38,368 nt of DNA from a virus (Duplodnaviria; Caudoviricetes): the IMG/VR virus record IMGVR_UViG_3300032312_000843, positions 1 through 38,368 of that record. One strand, written 5' to 3'. A program made the position numbers and the translations under genes. The first letter of the stretch is position 1. Each line of letters begins with the position of its first letter. The notes beneath the pieces were generated by a model that did no database searches, had not been told where the DNA came from, and saw only the letters and a list, made by a program, of their open reading frames with translations. Of the stretch, positions 17,590 through 25,822 are shown piece by piece.

Positions 17590-18931
17590 AAATCTTTTTT
17601 ATAGTTTGATCTTGAATTAATTTAATAAACTGCCCCACATTATCTCTGTCCTTGATAAGATTGTCAACATTAATATAATTTAAAATATTGGTTTCGTTAA
17701 TCCAAACAAATTTAATATTATTGTTTAGACAATAATATTGTAAAACCGTCATTTTATCTATTTCAATGTTATATCTATTTCGGGGTTTAATCTCATACAT
17801 AGTATTAGTTTTTTTGTCGAAGAAATCACTCACATAAGTTTTATTGTCCCCTTTAACTCTTATATTTTCATATAACATATGCCTATTCGAATAATAAAAG
17901 CAAGCCTCCCATGAACTCCTAAATTTTCGGATAGTTCCATCATTTAGTTTAATATGCGACTCCCAATGAGTCCAACTATTAGTAATCGGAGGAGTAAATT
18001 TTCCATCTTCGATTAATTTTTTCATAGTCATAGAAAGTTTTTTATTACATTCCATTTTCTGTTTTTTACCTTCTTCTGTTTGATAAAACTCAGACATCTT
18101 TTTGGATTTTTCGTGTCTTCTTTGTAGTCCTTTTTCTGTTTGGTTGAATATTTTACCAGCTTCTGACAATTTCTTTTTATGTTCTGGAGTTCCAAATGTT
18201 GACTTATCTCTTATTTTCATCCAAACTCTTTGGCGAATTTCATCTAATGTATATTTTTTAAATCCAGACCATCCCTTATAAGTCCAAGTATAGGAAAATT
18301 CATTTTCAGATAAGACTACCCCAGAATATGCACTATAATGAGGTTGCTGTAATAAAAACATAAACCTATTAATACATTCTTTTGTCAGTTCGTTTGCAAA
18401 GGAACTGATCCAAATTGCATGTGTTTTGTATATTTTATCGTTTAGCGGATTCCAAAACTTTTCAGGTTGATTATTATATTTAATAATTAAAAATTTAATT
18501 TCTTCTTCATTCAATTGCTTTGGTTTGCGCTTAAAACAAGGAGTTGTATTGCGCTTTTCAAGCCTGTTGAGTTTTTTTCTTAATAAGATGCGTTCTTTAT
18601 TTTTTTCTCGATATTCTTTCGATTTTATTAAAATGTTTTGTTTATTTTTTTGATAATATTCTCTACCTTTAATAAGGTAATATTCTCTATTTTTTAATTT
18701 AAATTCTTTACTACGTTGTTTATTCTTTTCTGCATGTTTTTGGCTATATATTTTCTTCTGATCTTTTCGTTTTTCTATATGTTTTTTGTAATTTGCTTTA
18801 TTTTGCTCTTTTATTTTTTCTTTATTTTTTTGATAATATTTGCGTCTATATTCATTGACATGCTCTTTAGTTTCTGATTTATATTTTTTACTTCTCTCAT
18901 ATTTGGATAATATTTTAGTTGCTTCTTCCAT
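17564..18931 (-). CDS. Free-standing putative homing endonuclease (C-terminal PD-(D/E)XK, TnsA-N-like; NUMOD3-like motif)
   Basis: FRSSWE...YVSDFF...MYEIKP nuclease motif, TPEHKKKLSEAGK NUMOD3-like motif, basic N-terminal Y(Y/R).KNKE.I repeats. Lies between the split-intein halves. Confidence 0.75.
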   Translation of the reverse strand: MEEATKILSKYERSKKYKSETKEHVNEYRRKYYQKNKEKIKEQNKANYKKHIEKRKDQKKIYSQKHAEKNKQRSKEFKLKNREYYLIKGREYYQKNKQNILIKSKEYREKNKERILLRKKLNRLEKRNTTPCFKRKPKQLNEEEIKFLIIKYNNQPEKFWNPLNDKIYKTHAIWISSFANELTKECINRFMFLLQQPHYSAYSGVVLSENEFSYTWTYKGWSGFKKYTLDEIRQRVWMKIRDKSTFGTPEHKKKLSEAGKIFNQTEKGLQRRHEKSKKMSEFYQTEEGKKQKMECNKKLSMTMKKLIEDGKFTPPITNSWTHWESHIKLNDGTIRKFRSSWEACFYYSNRHMLYENIRVKGDNKTYVSDFFDKKTNTMYEIKPRNRYNIEIDKMTVLQYYCLNNNIKFVWINETNILNYINVDNLIKDRDNVGQFIKLIQDQTIKKIYDDKYAKN

Positions 18932-18939
18932 ATTATGAT

Positions 18940-18971
18940 TATTTATCCTTCCGATGAGAGTTAACCCATCG
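18940..18971 (-). promoter_or_regulatory. Hairpin (18952-18971) plus TAAATA (18940-18945) upstream of the endonuclease
   Basis: Minus strand CGATGGG-TTAACT-CTCATCG (7-bp stem, one G-U), then GAAGGA TAAATA ATCATAAT ATG. Confidence 0.55.
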
Positions 18972-18975
18972 ACCT

Positions 18976-19611
18976 TTATGAATTTATTGTAATAATTTCA
19001 TCAATTCCTTCATTTATGATATCAATTAATTTTTTTCTGACAGGAATGTTTGATTCTGTACTATTAATATACCATTTATGGTCCGAAGTACAACATATGA
19101 TTTCACCATTTTCAAACTCAATTTCATACACATCTTGTACTTGTTTATCTATTTTATAGAACGGCCTCCATTCAATTCTATTCTTAGAAAAGTTAAAAGA
19201 TTTCACCAAATCATTGCGTTCGTCCACATCTTTAATTTTTATTTGTTGTTCGGTTCCATCTCTTAAAACTGCCACTAAAGTATCTTCATGTAGGCATTCA
19301 TCTAAAACAATCGCCTTAATCCCACCATCAAAAGATCTAGTTTGAGCAAAGCCAACGATCTTGTGACGAATGGTATCAATACCATTTTCATCAGAAGCAT
19401 TAACGTATAAATAATCACACTTTAAAATATCATTAACAATGATCTTTGCAGTAGTAGTTTTACCTACACCGGGGTTACCCACAAACAAAAGGTGTGGTAT
19501 ATCTCTTGTTTCTCTATAATGAGACAACAATTTCCTAGTATCTTCAGATAAAACTATGTTATCTAAAGAGTTTGGCCGATATTTTTCACACCAAAGTCCT
19601 TTAAAATTCAT
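18976..19611 (-). CDS. gp44: Split clamp loader (gp44/RFC-like) N-part: 105-aa N-extein plus 106-aa N-intein (start moved to ATG 19611)
   Basis: LWCEKYRP (RFC box II), PHLLFVGNPGVGKTT (Walker A), NASDENGID, IVLDE (Walker B), then CLHEDTLV (intein block A) and CTSDHKW (block B). Confidence 0.93.
   Translation of the reverse strand: MNFKGLWCEKYRPNSLDNIVLSEDTRKLLSHYRETRDIPHLLFVGNPGVGKTTTAKIIVNDILKCDYLYVNASDENGIDTIRHKIVGFAQTRSFDGGIKAIVLDECLHEDTLVAVLRDGTEQQIKIKDVDERNDLVKSFNFSKNRIEWRPFYKIDKQVQDVYEIEFENGEIICCTSDHKWYINSTESNIPVRKKLIDIINEGIDEIITINS
18979..19296 (-). mobile_element. Split intein N-fragment (IntN, 106 aa, Cys1 at 19294-19296)
   Basis: CLHEDTLVAV...VYEIEFENGEIICCTSDHKWY...IDEIITINS then stop. 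Blocks F/G are absent from this ORF. Confidence 0.9.
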
Positions 19612-19612
19612 A

Positions 19613-20062
19613 TTATCGACCAGAAGAACCAAATCCTTTGTCTCCACGATTTGTTTTAACTTTAGTTTCTGTCCAAGAAATATTAGGTTCTAATAATTTA
19701 TACACAACTAATTGTGCAATTCTATCTCCTTTTTTAACAGTATATGGAATATCTCCATTATTAATTAAAGAAATTCCGAGCATCCCAGTATACGATGTAT
19801 CTATCACACCGGGGAAAACTGTAATCCCATGTTTAAAGAACAAACCAGACCTAGATTCGATCCGAATCCAGTATCCCGGTTCAATAAATCCGATATCTAA
19901 TCCGATTGGCACCATTTTTGTAGAATGTGAACGAATTGTAGCATCTTCCACCGCATATACATCATATCCCGTATCACCAACTAGTGGTTCATTGTTATTT
20001 CTTTGTGGTAAACGTGCATCATCGTGCGTTTTTACAAACGAAATTTTAATTTCTGTACTCAT
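19613..20062 (-). CDS. dut: Trimeric dUTPase
   Basis: All five motifs: GYDVYA, ESRSGL, GVIDTSYTG, GDRIAQLV, RGDKGFGSSG. Confidence 0.95.
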   Translation of the reverse strand: MSTEIKISFVKTHDDARLPQRNNNEPLVGDTGYDVYAVEDATIRSHSTKMVPIGLDIGFIEPGYWIRIESRSGLFFKHGITVFPGVIDTSYTGMLGISLINNGDIPYTVKKGDRIAQLVVYKLLEPNISWTETKVKTNRGDKGFGSSGR

Positions 20063-20070
20063 ATGTTGTT

Positions 20071-20099
20071 ATGTTACTCTATATAACTGAAAAAATCAA
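20071..20099 (-). promoter_or_regulatory. Sigma70-like promoter for the dut-clamp loader unit
   Basis: TTGATT (20099-20094), 17-nt spacer, TAACAT (20076-20071), 8 nt, ATG. Confidence 0.55.
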
Positions 20100-20101
20100 G
20101 C

Positions 20102-20107
20102 TAAATA
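20102..20107 (+). promoter_or_regulatory. Late-promoter-like TAAATA, 5 nt before ATG 20113
   Basis: CTAAATATTGGTATG. Confidence 0.7.
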
Positions 20108-20112
20108 TTGGT

Positions 20113-20580
20113 ATGTCTGATGATGCTCAATTGGAGTCTACTGTGAATTCCATTCTAACTCAGTTAAAAGATACCACAACTTTGTCTAAAAAGGTAGAAA
20201 AACTTCCAGAAAATGATTTAAACAAGGAAAATTTAGAAAATTTTGTTATAAAATATGCTAGTAGATTAATTGTTGATGCAACAGAATCAGTAGAATATAT
20301 AAAAGACAATGTTCAAGTAGCCCCTACTGCTGAAGATGTAGTTTCTTTAGCAGAACTTATTAAGAGTACCTCTTCAGCACTAGAAGTTTTGAATAAAATT
20401 GTTGTCAATAACAAAAAAGCTGATACATCTCTTACTATTAAGAAAATGGACATGGAAAGTAAAAGAGAAGAACTTGATATTAAAATTAATAACAATTTAA
20501 TAGCTTCTAGAGAAGAAATGATGAATCAATTATTCAAAAAAGCTAAAGTAGTAGAGGCTACTATTATAGATATACCTTAA
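20113..20580 (+). CDS. Putative terminase small subunit, T4 gp16-like (start moved to ATG 20113)
   Basis: 155 aa, helical. RLIVDATESVE...PTAEDVVSLAELIKSTSSALEVL...INNNLIASREEMMNQL follows the gp16 layout of a central helical hairpin and a C-terminal NN.(F/I).S..EL motif. Confidence 0.5.
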   Translation: MSDDAQLESTVNSILTQLKDTTTLSKKVEKLPENDLNKENLENFVIKYASRLIVDATESVEYIKDNVQVAPTAEDVVSLAELIKSTSSALEVLNKIVVNNKKADTSLTIKKMDMESKREELDIKINNNLIASREEMMNQLFKKAKVVEATIIDIP

Positions 20581-22379
20581 GCCCATTTACAATATTGTTG
20601 ATACTCACCAGATTGCATCTTAGTCCATATAGTTTTTTGTAAACCAGATTTATTTCCATTTTTTAATGCACTATCCCAATCTTTTTTAGATAAAAACATC
20701 GGAGCAAACTGCGAAGCTTGTTGAACATTCCATTTTGCATATGGTTGTTTAGTATCTGCTACTTGTATAGTAAGTTTTAATTGTTCTGCTCTACCAACTA
20801 ATTTACTTGGAAACAATCTAGCGTCTGGTTGGAATTCATCTATCAAAAATTTATAATTATGTCCTTTAACAGTAAGAAGACCAGCACCAGATGAATCAGC
20901 AACATGTCTTCTTTCAACGAAAGTATTACCAGCTTTATCTGTACATGTTATAATTAATACATCACCACGTTTAACCATTCCACTTTTTAATGTTTCTGGT
21001 GCAACTGCTATGCTTTGTAGAGGTATAATCATATTATCAGCAAATCCTAACCCCATTTGCGTTCCACTATCTGGTGTTTCGTCATTAATATAACCATATT
21101 TTGTCAATTTAACTTCATTAAAGTCAAATTCCATTACTTTTCCATTAGTAGGTACATTTTCTAATCCACTATTTGGTGTAGTAGCAGATCCCGAAGCATT
21201 AACCGGATTAGTAGTTGATCCTCCACCTGCGGTTATAACTGCTGCTCCTGCTGCCGAAGGTCCATCATATGTATCATACTTAGGTGCTTTTGGTAAATCT
21301 TCGTATTTTGTAAAATTCGGATCTCTAGGAACATCTAGTGCATTGAGATAAGTATTTTCTGTTGCATATTGTGCTGGTGCTAGAGATCCAAATATATCAA
21401 TTAATGATTTTACATTTCCGTTTTTAACTCCCATGTATTTTCGTTTAGCATATGAAACATTCATTGATGGATCATAAGGATTATATCTTTGTCCATGATC
21501 ATGCAATCTAAAACAATCTCCTAATTGTTGTTTTAAAATAGCTTGTAATTCAGAATGTGACTGTGATGCGACTAATGCTGTGTTAGTATCTCCAGTTAAT
21601 GGCATTCTATATTGTCCACTATCGGGAGTTCTTCCTTTTGATATATCATTTTTAACTCTTTCTCTTTCCTCTTTAGAAAAAAATGGCTTAACACCATCTC
21701 TATATAGATCTTGAGTTAGTATTTTTAATTTAAAAAATTCTGTTCTAACTGTTGGTTTAATTTTATTCATTACACCAGAAGCTATATTTGTTGGAGTATG
21801 TAGTAAATCATTTGCTGCTGCTCCTAATACAGAAGCACTATCACTCATTGCTCTACTAAAATCGGTTAATGTGCCTACACTAGACGAAGAAGGTTTGAAA
21901 TAATTACACGGTTTCTTGCAAGATTTCAACATTTTTGCTAATTTAGCCAAAAAACTATTATCACTATCTATTCTAGAATGATTTGTTATATAATTATTAC
22001 CACTGCTTCCTACTGGTTGATCATTATCAACTTCAAATTCATCTACATTAATATTATTAGCATTTTCAAATGCAATTATTACTTCAGATTTTATTGTATC
22101 TGAGAAATACGGGGGATATACATTTATTTTATGTACAAAAAAATTAATTGTTTGTACATCTAAATCTGGTCCATATAATAGCAATTTCTTTGTAAAGTTT
22201 CTTAATGCATTTAATGGATTAGAAGATCTTTTAACTTTTTTCCAATCATACATTAATTCTACTTCTTGAGGAAAGGCACTCACAAATTCACAATTTGTTG
22301 TATTCTTTTCCAAAAAAGAAGGATCGGGTCCAATTGAAATTGCTTCTAAAAATTCTGGAAATGTGTTTCTATAATACAT
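20577..22379 (-). CDS. Baseplate/tail-associated protein with C-terminal 3D (MltA-like double-psi barrel) domain
   Basis: LTKYGY...SIAVAPE...KRGDVLII...HVADSSG...KG...IDEF, after a G/S/T-rich linker. Follows the hub gene. Confidence 0.55.
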   Translation of the reverse strand: MYYRNTFPEFLEAISIGPDPSFLEKNTTNCEFVSAFPQEVELMYDWKKVKRSSNPLNALRNFTKKLLLYGPDLDVQTINFFVHKINVYPPYFSDTIKSEVIIAFENANNINVDEFEVDNDQPVGSSGNNYITNHSRIDSDNSFLAKLAKMLKSCKKPCNYFKPSSSSVGTLTDFSRAMSDSASVLGAAANDLLHTPTNIASGVMNKIKPTVRTEFFKLKILTQDLYRDGVKPFFSKEERERVKNDISKGRTPDSGQYRMPLTGDTNTALVASQSHSELQAILKQQLGDCFRLHDHGQRYNPYDPSMNVSYAKRKYMGVKNGNVKSLIDIFGSLAPAQYATENTYLNALDVPRDPNFTKYEDLPKAPKYDTYDGPSAAGAAVITAGGGSTTNPVNASGSATTPNSGLENVPTNGKVMEFDFNEVKLTKYGYINDETPDSGTQMGLGFADNMIIPLQSIAVAPETLKSGMVKRGDVLIITCTDKAGNTFVERRHVADSSGAGLLTVKGHNYKFLIDEFQPDARLFPSKLVGRAEQLKLTIQVADTKQPYAKWNVQQASQFAPMFLSKKDWDSALKNGNKSGLQKTIWTKMQSGEYQQYCKWA

Positions 22380-22381
22380 AA

Positions 22382-23935
22382 TTAAACTCCTAATTTAAGA
22401 AAATCCTTTAATGATACATTATTAGAATCTTGCCCATCAACTAATCTATATGGTTTTATGGTTTCAATTTCATTATAATATGTATCAAATGTAAATACAT
22501 GCTTTACATTAGTTATTAAATGTCTTCCTAAAGTATTTAGATCCCATTTTGTTGGAACATATCTCCCATTTTTACATTCTGCGGTTTTAGTAACATCAAC
22601 AAATGCTACAGACTTTCTGTGTGTTTTACCTACTAATTTAAATTGATAAACATTATTAAGATATAATAAAGAAGATAATTTTTGATTTAAAAACTTTTTT
22701 TCATCTAACGCAGGGGAGAGATATCCTTTAAAATCATTATAATTATTTACTTTATTTGGATTTGGATAAAAGTTAGGATAAGCTACTAAATTTTTCCCAG
22801 CATTTCCTTTAAAAGTTTTTTCAAAAGGTAAAACAAATAAATCATAATATGTTTTCATAAAAGATTCACTGTTTAATGTAGTTAAATCAAATATCATTGA
22901 TTTAAATGTTCGAGAATTTGATAAAACTCCAGAATTTCCAGATAAATCTACATTATATTTTGTTGTTGGCGAATTCACATAAAATTGACTAATTTTAGAT
23001 TCTTCGAATGTAATAGGAAATGTTTCCCATATTATTGAAGATCTTTCAGGATTTCCTGTATCATCACTAGCATCAGATTTTTCTTTGCTAGGAGATGGAA
23101 ATTTTAATTTTTCTATTACATGTTTTGTATGTTCTGTAAACAGTCTTTGTAGAGATATTAATTGGAATTTTTTTTGATATCTATCAAATTGTAATATACA
23201 TGGTGATTGTTTATACGAATGAAATGACAAAACATAATTTAATACTTCGGCATACGATATAGTCCCGTATGGATTTAAGGTAACAGTAACATCTCCTTCT
23301 TCATCAAATACTTTTTCATTTGTTTCGGGATCTACATAAAATAAATCATCAGTAGGTTTATTATCATTGTATACTGCATATATTATAGATTTAATAACTT
23401 CTCCAGTAGATTTACCATTACCAGCATTAGTTTCCATATAATTTGCTGCTAATGCACCAGCTTTTTGTAACCCAAATATATTACATATATTTTCTGATAA
23501 CATGTATTCAGAATATTCAACTAATGTCAATTTTTTACATGTTGTTCCATTGTTGGTCATGTCTTCGCATTCAATAACTACAAATTGAAATTTTAATCCT
23601 AAATTTTCTTTATTTTTTTCGTTTTTCGAATCTTTATCAAAATTTCCTGTATGAATAGGAATAATTTCTAAATCAACAATATCCCTACCATTTCCTAAAA
23701 ATACATAAGGTTCTGGAGCTTTTTCTATTACATTTTGATCATTAGCTATGACTATTACTGCTCTATGAAATGGATTAAATAAATTATCAACAATTTCTAA
23801 ATGAATAACTACGTTTCTTTGTAAGAACATTACATAGCCTTCATTATTATACAAACAAAGACTAAATGAATATTCTTCGTTTCCGTATTTTGCATAATAA
23901 TGCTTTTGTTCTGTACTATTAGTAACTTCTTGCAT
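22382..23935 (-). CDS. Baseplate hub protein, gp27-like
   Basis: LEIVDNLFNPFHRAVIVIAND at the N-terminus and GRHLITNVKHVFT...YYNEIETIK at the C-terminus. Follows gp53. Confidence 0.6.
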   Translation of the reverse strand: MQEVTNSTEQKHYYAKYGNEEYSFSLCLYNNEGYVMFLQRNVVIHLEIVDNLFNPFHRAVIVIANDQNVIEKAPEPYVFLGNGRDIVDLEIIPIHTGNFDKDSKNEKNKENLGLKFQFVVIECEDMTNNGTTCKKLTLVEYSEYMLSENICNIFGLQKAGALAANYMETNAGNGKSTGEVIKSIIYAVYNDNKPTDDLFYVDPETNEKVFDEEGDVTVTLNPYGTISYAEVLNYVLSFHSYKQSPCILQFDRYQKKFQLISLQRLFTEHTKHVIEKLKFPSPSKEKSDASDDTGNPERSSIIWETFPITFEESKISQFYVNSPTTKYNVDLSGNSGVLSNSRTFKSMIFDLTTLNSESFMKTYYDLFVLPFEKTFKGNAGKNLVAYPNFYPNPNKVNNYNDFKGYLSPALDEKKFLNQKLSSLLYLNNVYQFKLVGKTHRKSVAFVDVTKTAECKNGRYVPTKWDLNTLGRHLITNVKHVFTFDTYYNEIETIKPYRLVDGQDSNNVSLKDFLKLGV

Positions 23936-23936
23936 A

Positions 23937-24287
23937 TTATATTTTATTCTTCAATGAATCAAATATTAAATCTAAATATTCACTTTTAATTATTTTTAAA
24001 ACAGATCCCGATTCGATTAATTTGACTGGATTTTTTAGATTATTTAAAACCATTATTAACCACCATAAATGTTGACTTCCATATAATTTATGACTTAATG
24101 TAGTTAATGCAATTTGTGATTCTATCCTGAATAATTGATATACATTTGGATCTAAATCATTCGGTAAACTTACTTTATTCATTATATTATAAAATACATA
24201 AGTATTATTATTTGATGTATTAAATTGATATACATTAAATATATTTTCGTATCTTTCTGGTTCATGAGTAATTATTATTTTTTCCAT
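23937..24287 (-). CDS. gp53: Baseplate wedge subunit, T4 gp53-like (LysM-like)
   Basis: LTTLSHKLYGSQHLWWLIMVLNNLKNP. Confidence 0.8.
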   Translation of the reverse strand: MEKIIITHEPERYENIFNVYQFNTSNNNTYVFYNIMNKVSLPNDLDPNVYQLFRIESQIALTTLSHKLYGSQHLWWLIMVLNNLKNPVKLIESGSVLKIIKSEYLDLIFDSLKNKI

Positions 24288-24291
24288 GTTA

Positions 24292-25803
24292 TTACGGCCC
24301 TATTATGTAATCATTACTTTTTCCTGTTGCTCGGTTTCTTTGATATTCATTAACAAAACCATCAGATTTTCTCAATTCTTTATTTACTGCATGTCTTTCT
24401 TTAGCTTCTTTAATGATTGTTGCATCATCTTTTTTATCTTCTGGGACTGATCTTGGAGTAATAGTATTAGTACTATTACCAGAATCATTTTGTTGTTTTT
24501 GTTGTGTTTGACCTGCTTCTGTTTTTGCTTTTTCTTCGGCTTGTGCTTTAGAAACTTCCGTAGTATCTGGTGGTGTTCCTTTGAAAAACGACCCAACACC
24601 AAATCGTCTAGAAACATCAATTCCAGACGAACCCATTTGAGGAATAATAAAATTATTAACTTCCATTGTTAATGATTTAAATTTAATTTCTAATTGATAT
24701 GCATCTGGTACTGTTACATCTTTTCCTTGTTTATTTTTTAAAATACGTTTAGTACCAACATGTTTTACAGTAAATTCTTGTATACATGCATAAGGATAAA
24801 AGACACGACCCGGCACAGTTAATTCATATATACATGGAGGATCAACTAATAAACGATTATGTCTATGAGGAGTATTTTGGATTAATAATTTTGTTATTAA
24901 ATCTAAATTTTTTTGATATGCATTTTCTGTAATAGTATTAAACAAAAAGAACTCCGCAGTGAACGTTGCTGAACTATCTTCAAAGTTATAAAATTTAGGA
25001 CGTTGCACAAACATTCCGGGTTCTGTAACAGAAGCAACATTTGCATATTGTCCTACTGCTGTGGCTTTTTCATTTGCTATATCCAACATTTTTTGTATTG
25101 GACTGGAGTCTTTTTCTGCTCCACTATATGTATCACTAAATTGATTGTTTATTGATACATAATCATTACTAAAATAAGGAAATCTATATGTTGTTCCTGT
25201 TGCTCTTCTGAGATATAAATAAGAATAATTTTTAATTAATTGTTCATCACCCCAGCTATTAGCTGTATCATCAATAGATTTCATTTGCTCCGTTACCCAA
25301 TTAGCTGTTTTTTGTGCAGTATTATTTACGGCAGTAGTAACTTTTGATATGGAATCTCCCATAAATTTACCAAAAGAATTACTTTTAAAACTAGAATTTA
25401 ATTTTTCAAAAAATGAATTTTGTCCTACATTACTATCTACTATGTCAGGAAACAATAACGAAGTTGTCATTAATGATGAAATATATGTATTTCCTATTAA
25501 TTTAAATTCCTTTACTTTTATGTACGGAATTTCATTCAATTTTCTAATTTTATTTTTTGAATAAGTCCAATCATAATCCCTGATAACATTAATTTCTACT
25601 GATGGTTCCTTTTTAGGTTCTGATGCAATTGCAGAGCTTGGAGCATTCTTCCCCGAATCTACATTTTGTGTAGTTTTCATTTCTGCTTTATAACTATTAT
25701 CAGTTGTTTTTTCTAGAACATTAGTGTCACTCCTTCCTTCAGGGACATTATTTTGATTTTGTCCCATCATTTGAGATTGTCTAGATGGCATTGAATTGTT
25801 CAT
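24292..25803 (-). CDS. Baseplate tail-tube cap/initiator, gp48-like tube-fold protein
   Basis: FTAEFFLFNT...PPCIYELTVPG...ACIQEFTVKH...PDAYQLEIKFKSL. Lies between the tape measure and gp53. Confidence 0.55.
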   Translation of the reverse strand: MNNSMPSRQSQMMGQNQNNVPEGRSDTNVLEKTTDNSYKAEMKTTQNVDSGKNAPSSAIASEPKKEPSVEINVIRDYDWTYSKNKIRKLNEIPYIKVKEFKLIGNTYISSLMTTSLLFPDIVDSNVGQNSFFEKLNSSFKSNSFGKFMGDSISKVTTAVNNTAQKTANWVTEQMKSIDDTANSWGDEQLIKNYSYLYLRRATGTTYRFPYFSNDYVSINNQFSDTYSGAEKDSSPIQKMLDIANEKATAVGQYANVASVTEPGMFVQRPKFYNFEDSSATFTAEFFLFNTITENAYQKNLDLITKLLIQNTPHRHNRLLVDPPCIYELTVPGRVFYPYACIQEFTVKHVGTKRILKNKQGKDVTVPDAYQLEIKFKSLTMEVNNFIIPQMGSSGIDVSRRFGVGSFFKGTPPDTTEVSKAQAEEKAKTEAGQTQQKQQNDSGNSTNTITPRSVPEDKKDDATIIKEAKERHAVNKELRKSDGFVNEYQRNRATGKSNDYIIGP

Positions 25804-25808
25804 TTAAT

Positions 25809-25814
25809 TATTTA
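25809..25814 (-). promoter_or_regulatory. Late-promoter-like TAAATA, 5 nt before ATG 25803
   Basis: Minus strand TTAAATAATTAAATG. Confidence 0.65.
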
Positions 25815-25822
25815 ATGACCTG

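Noticed and set aside
17590-18978. Group I intron interrupting the clamp loader
   Set aside because: Only 44 non-coding nt lie on one side and the ORFs overlap on the other, leaving no room for a ribozyme core. Intein motifs explain both junctions.
17464-19296. Single contiguous intein with in-frame endonuclease, broken by sequencing errors
   Set aside because: It would need a false stop plus two frameshifts. The nuclease has its own ATG and promoter motif, and IntC starts with Met-Met like known split inteins. A read check is still advisable.
19638-20090. 150-aa plus-strand ORF
   Set aside because: Antisense to the dUTPase, which has all five motifs.
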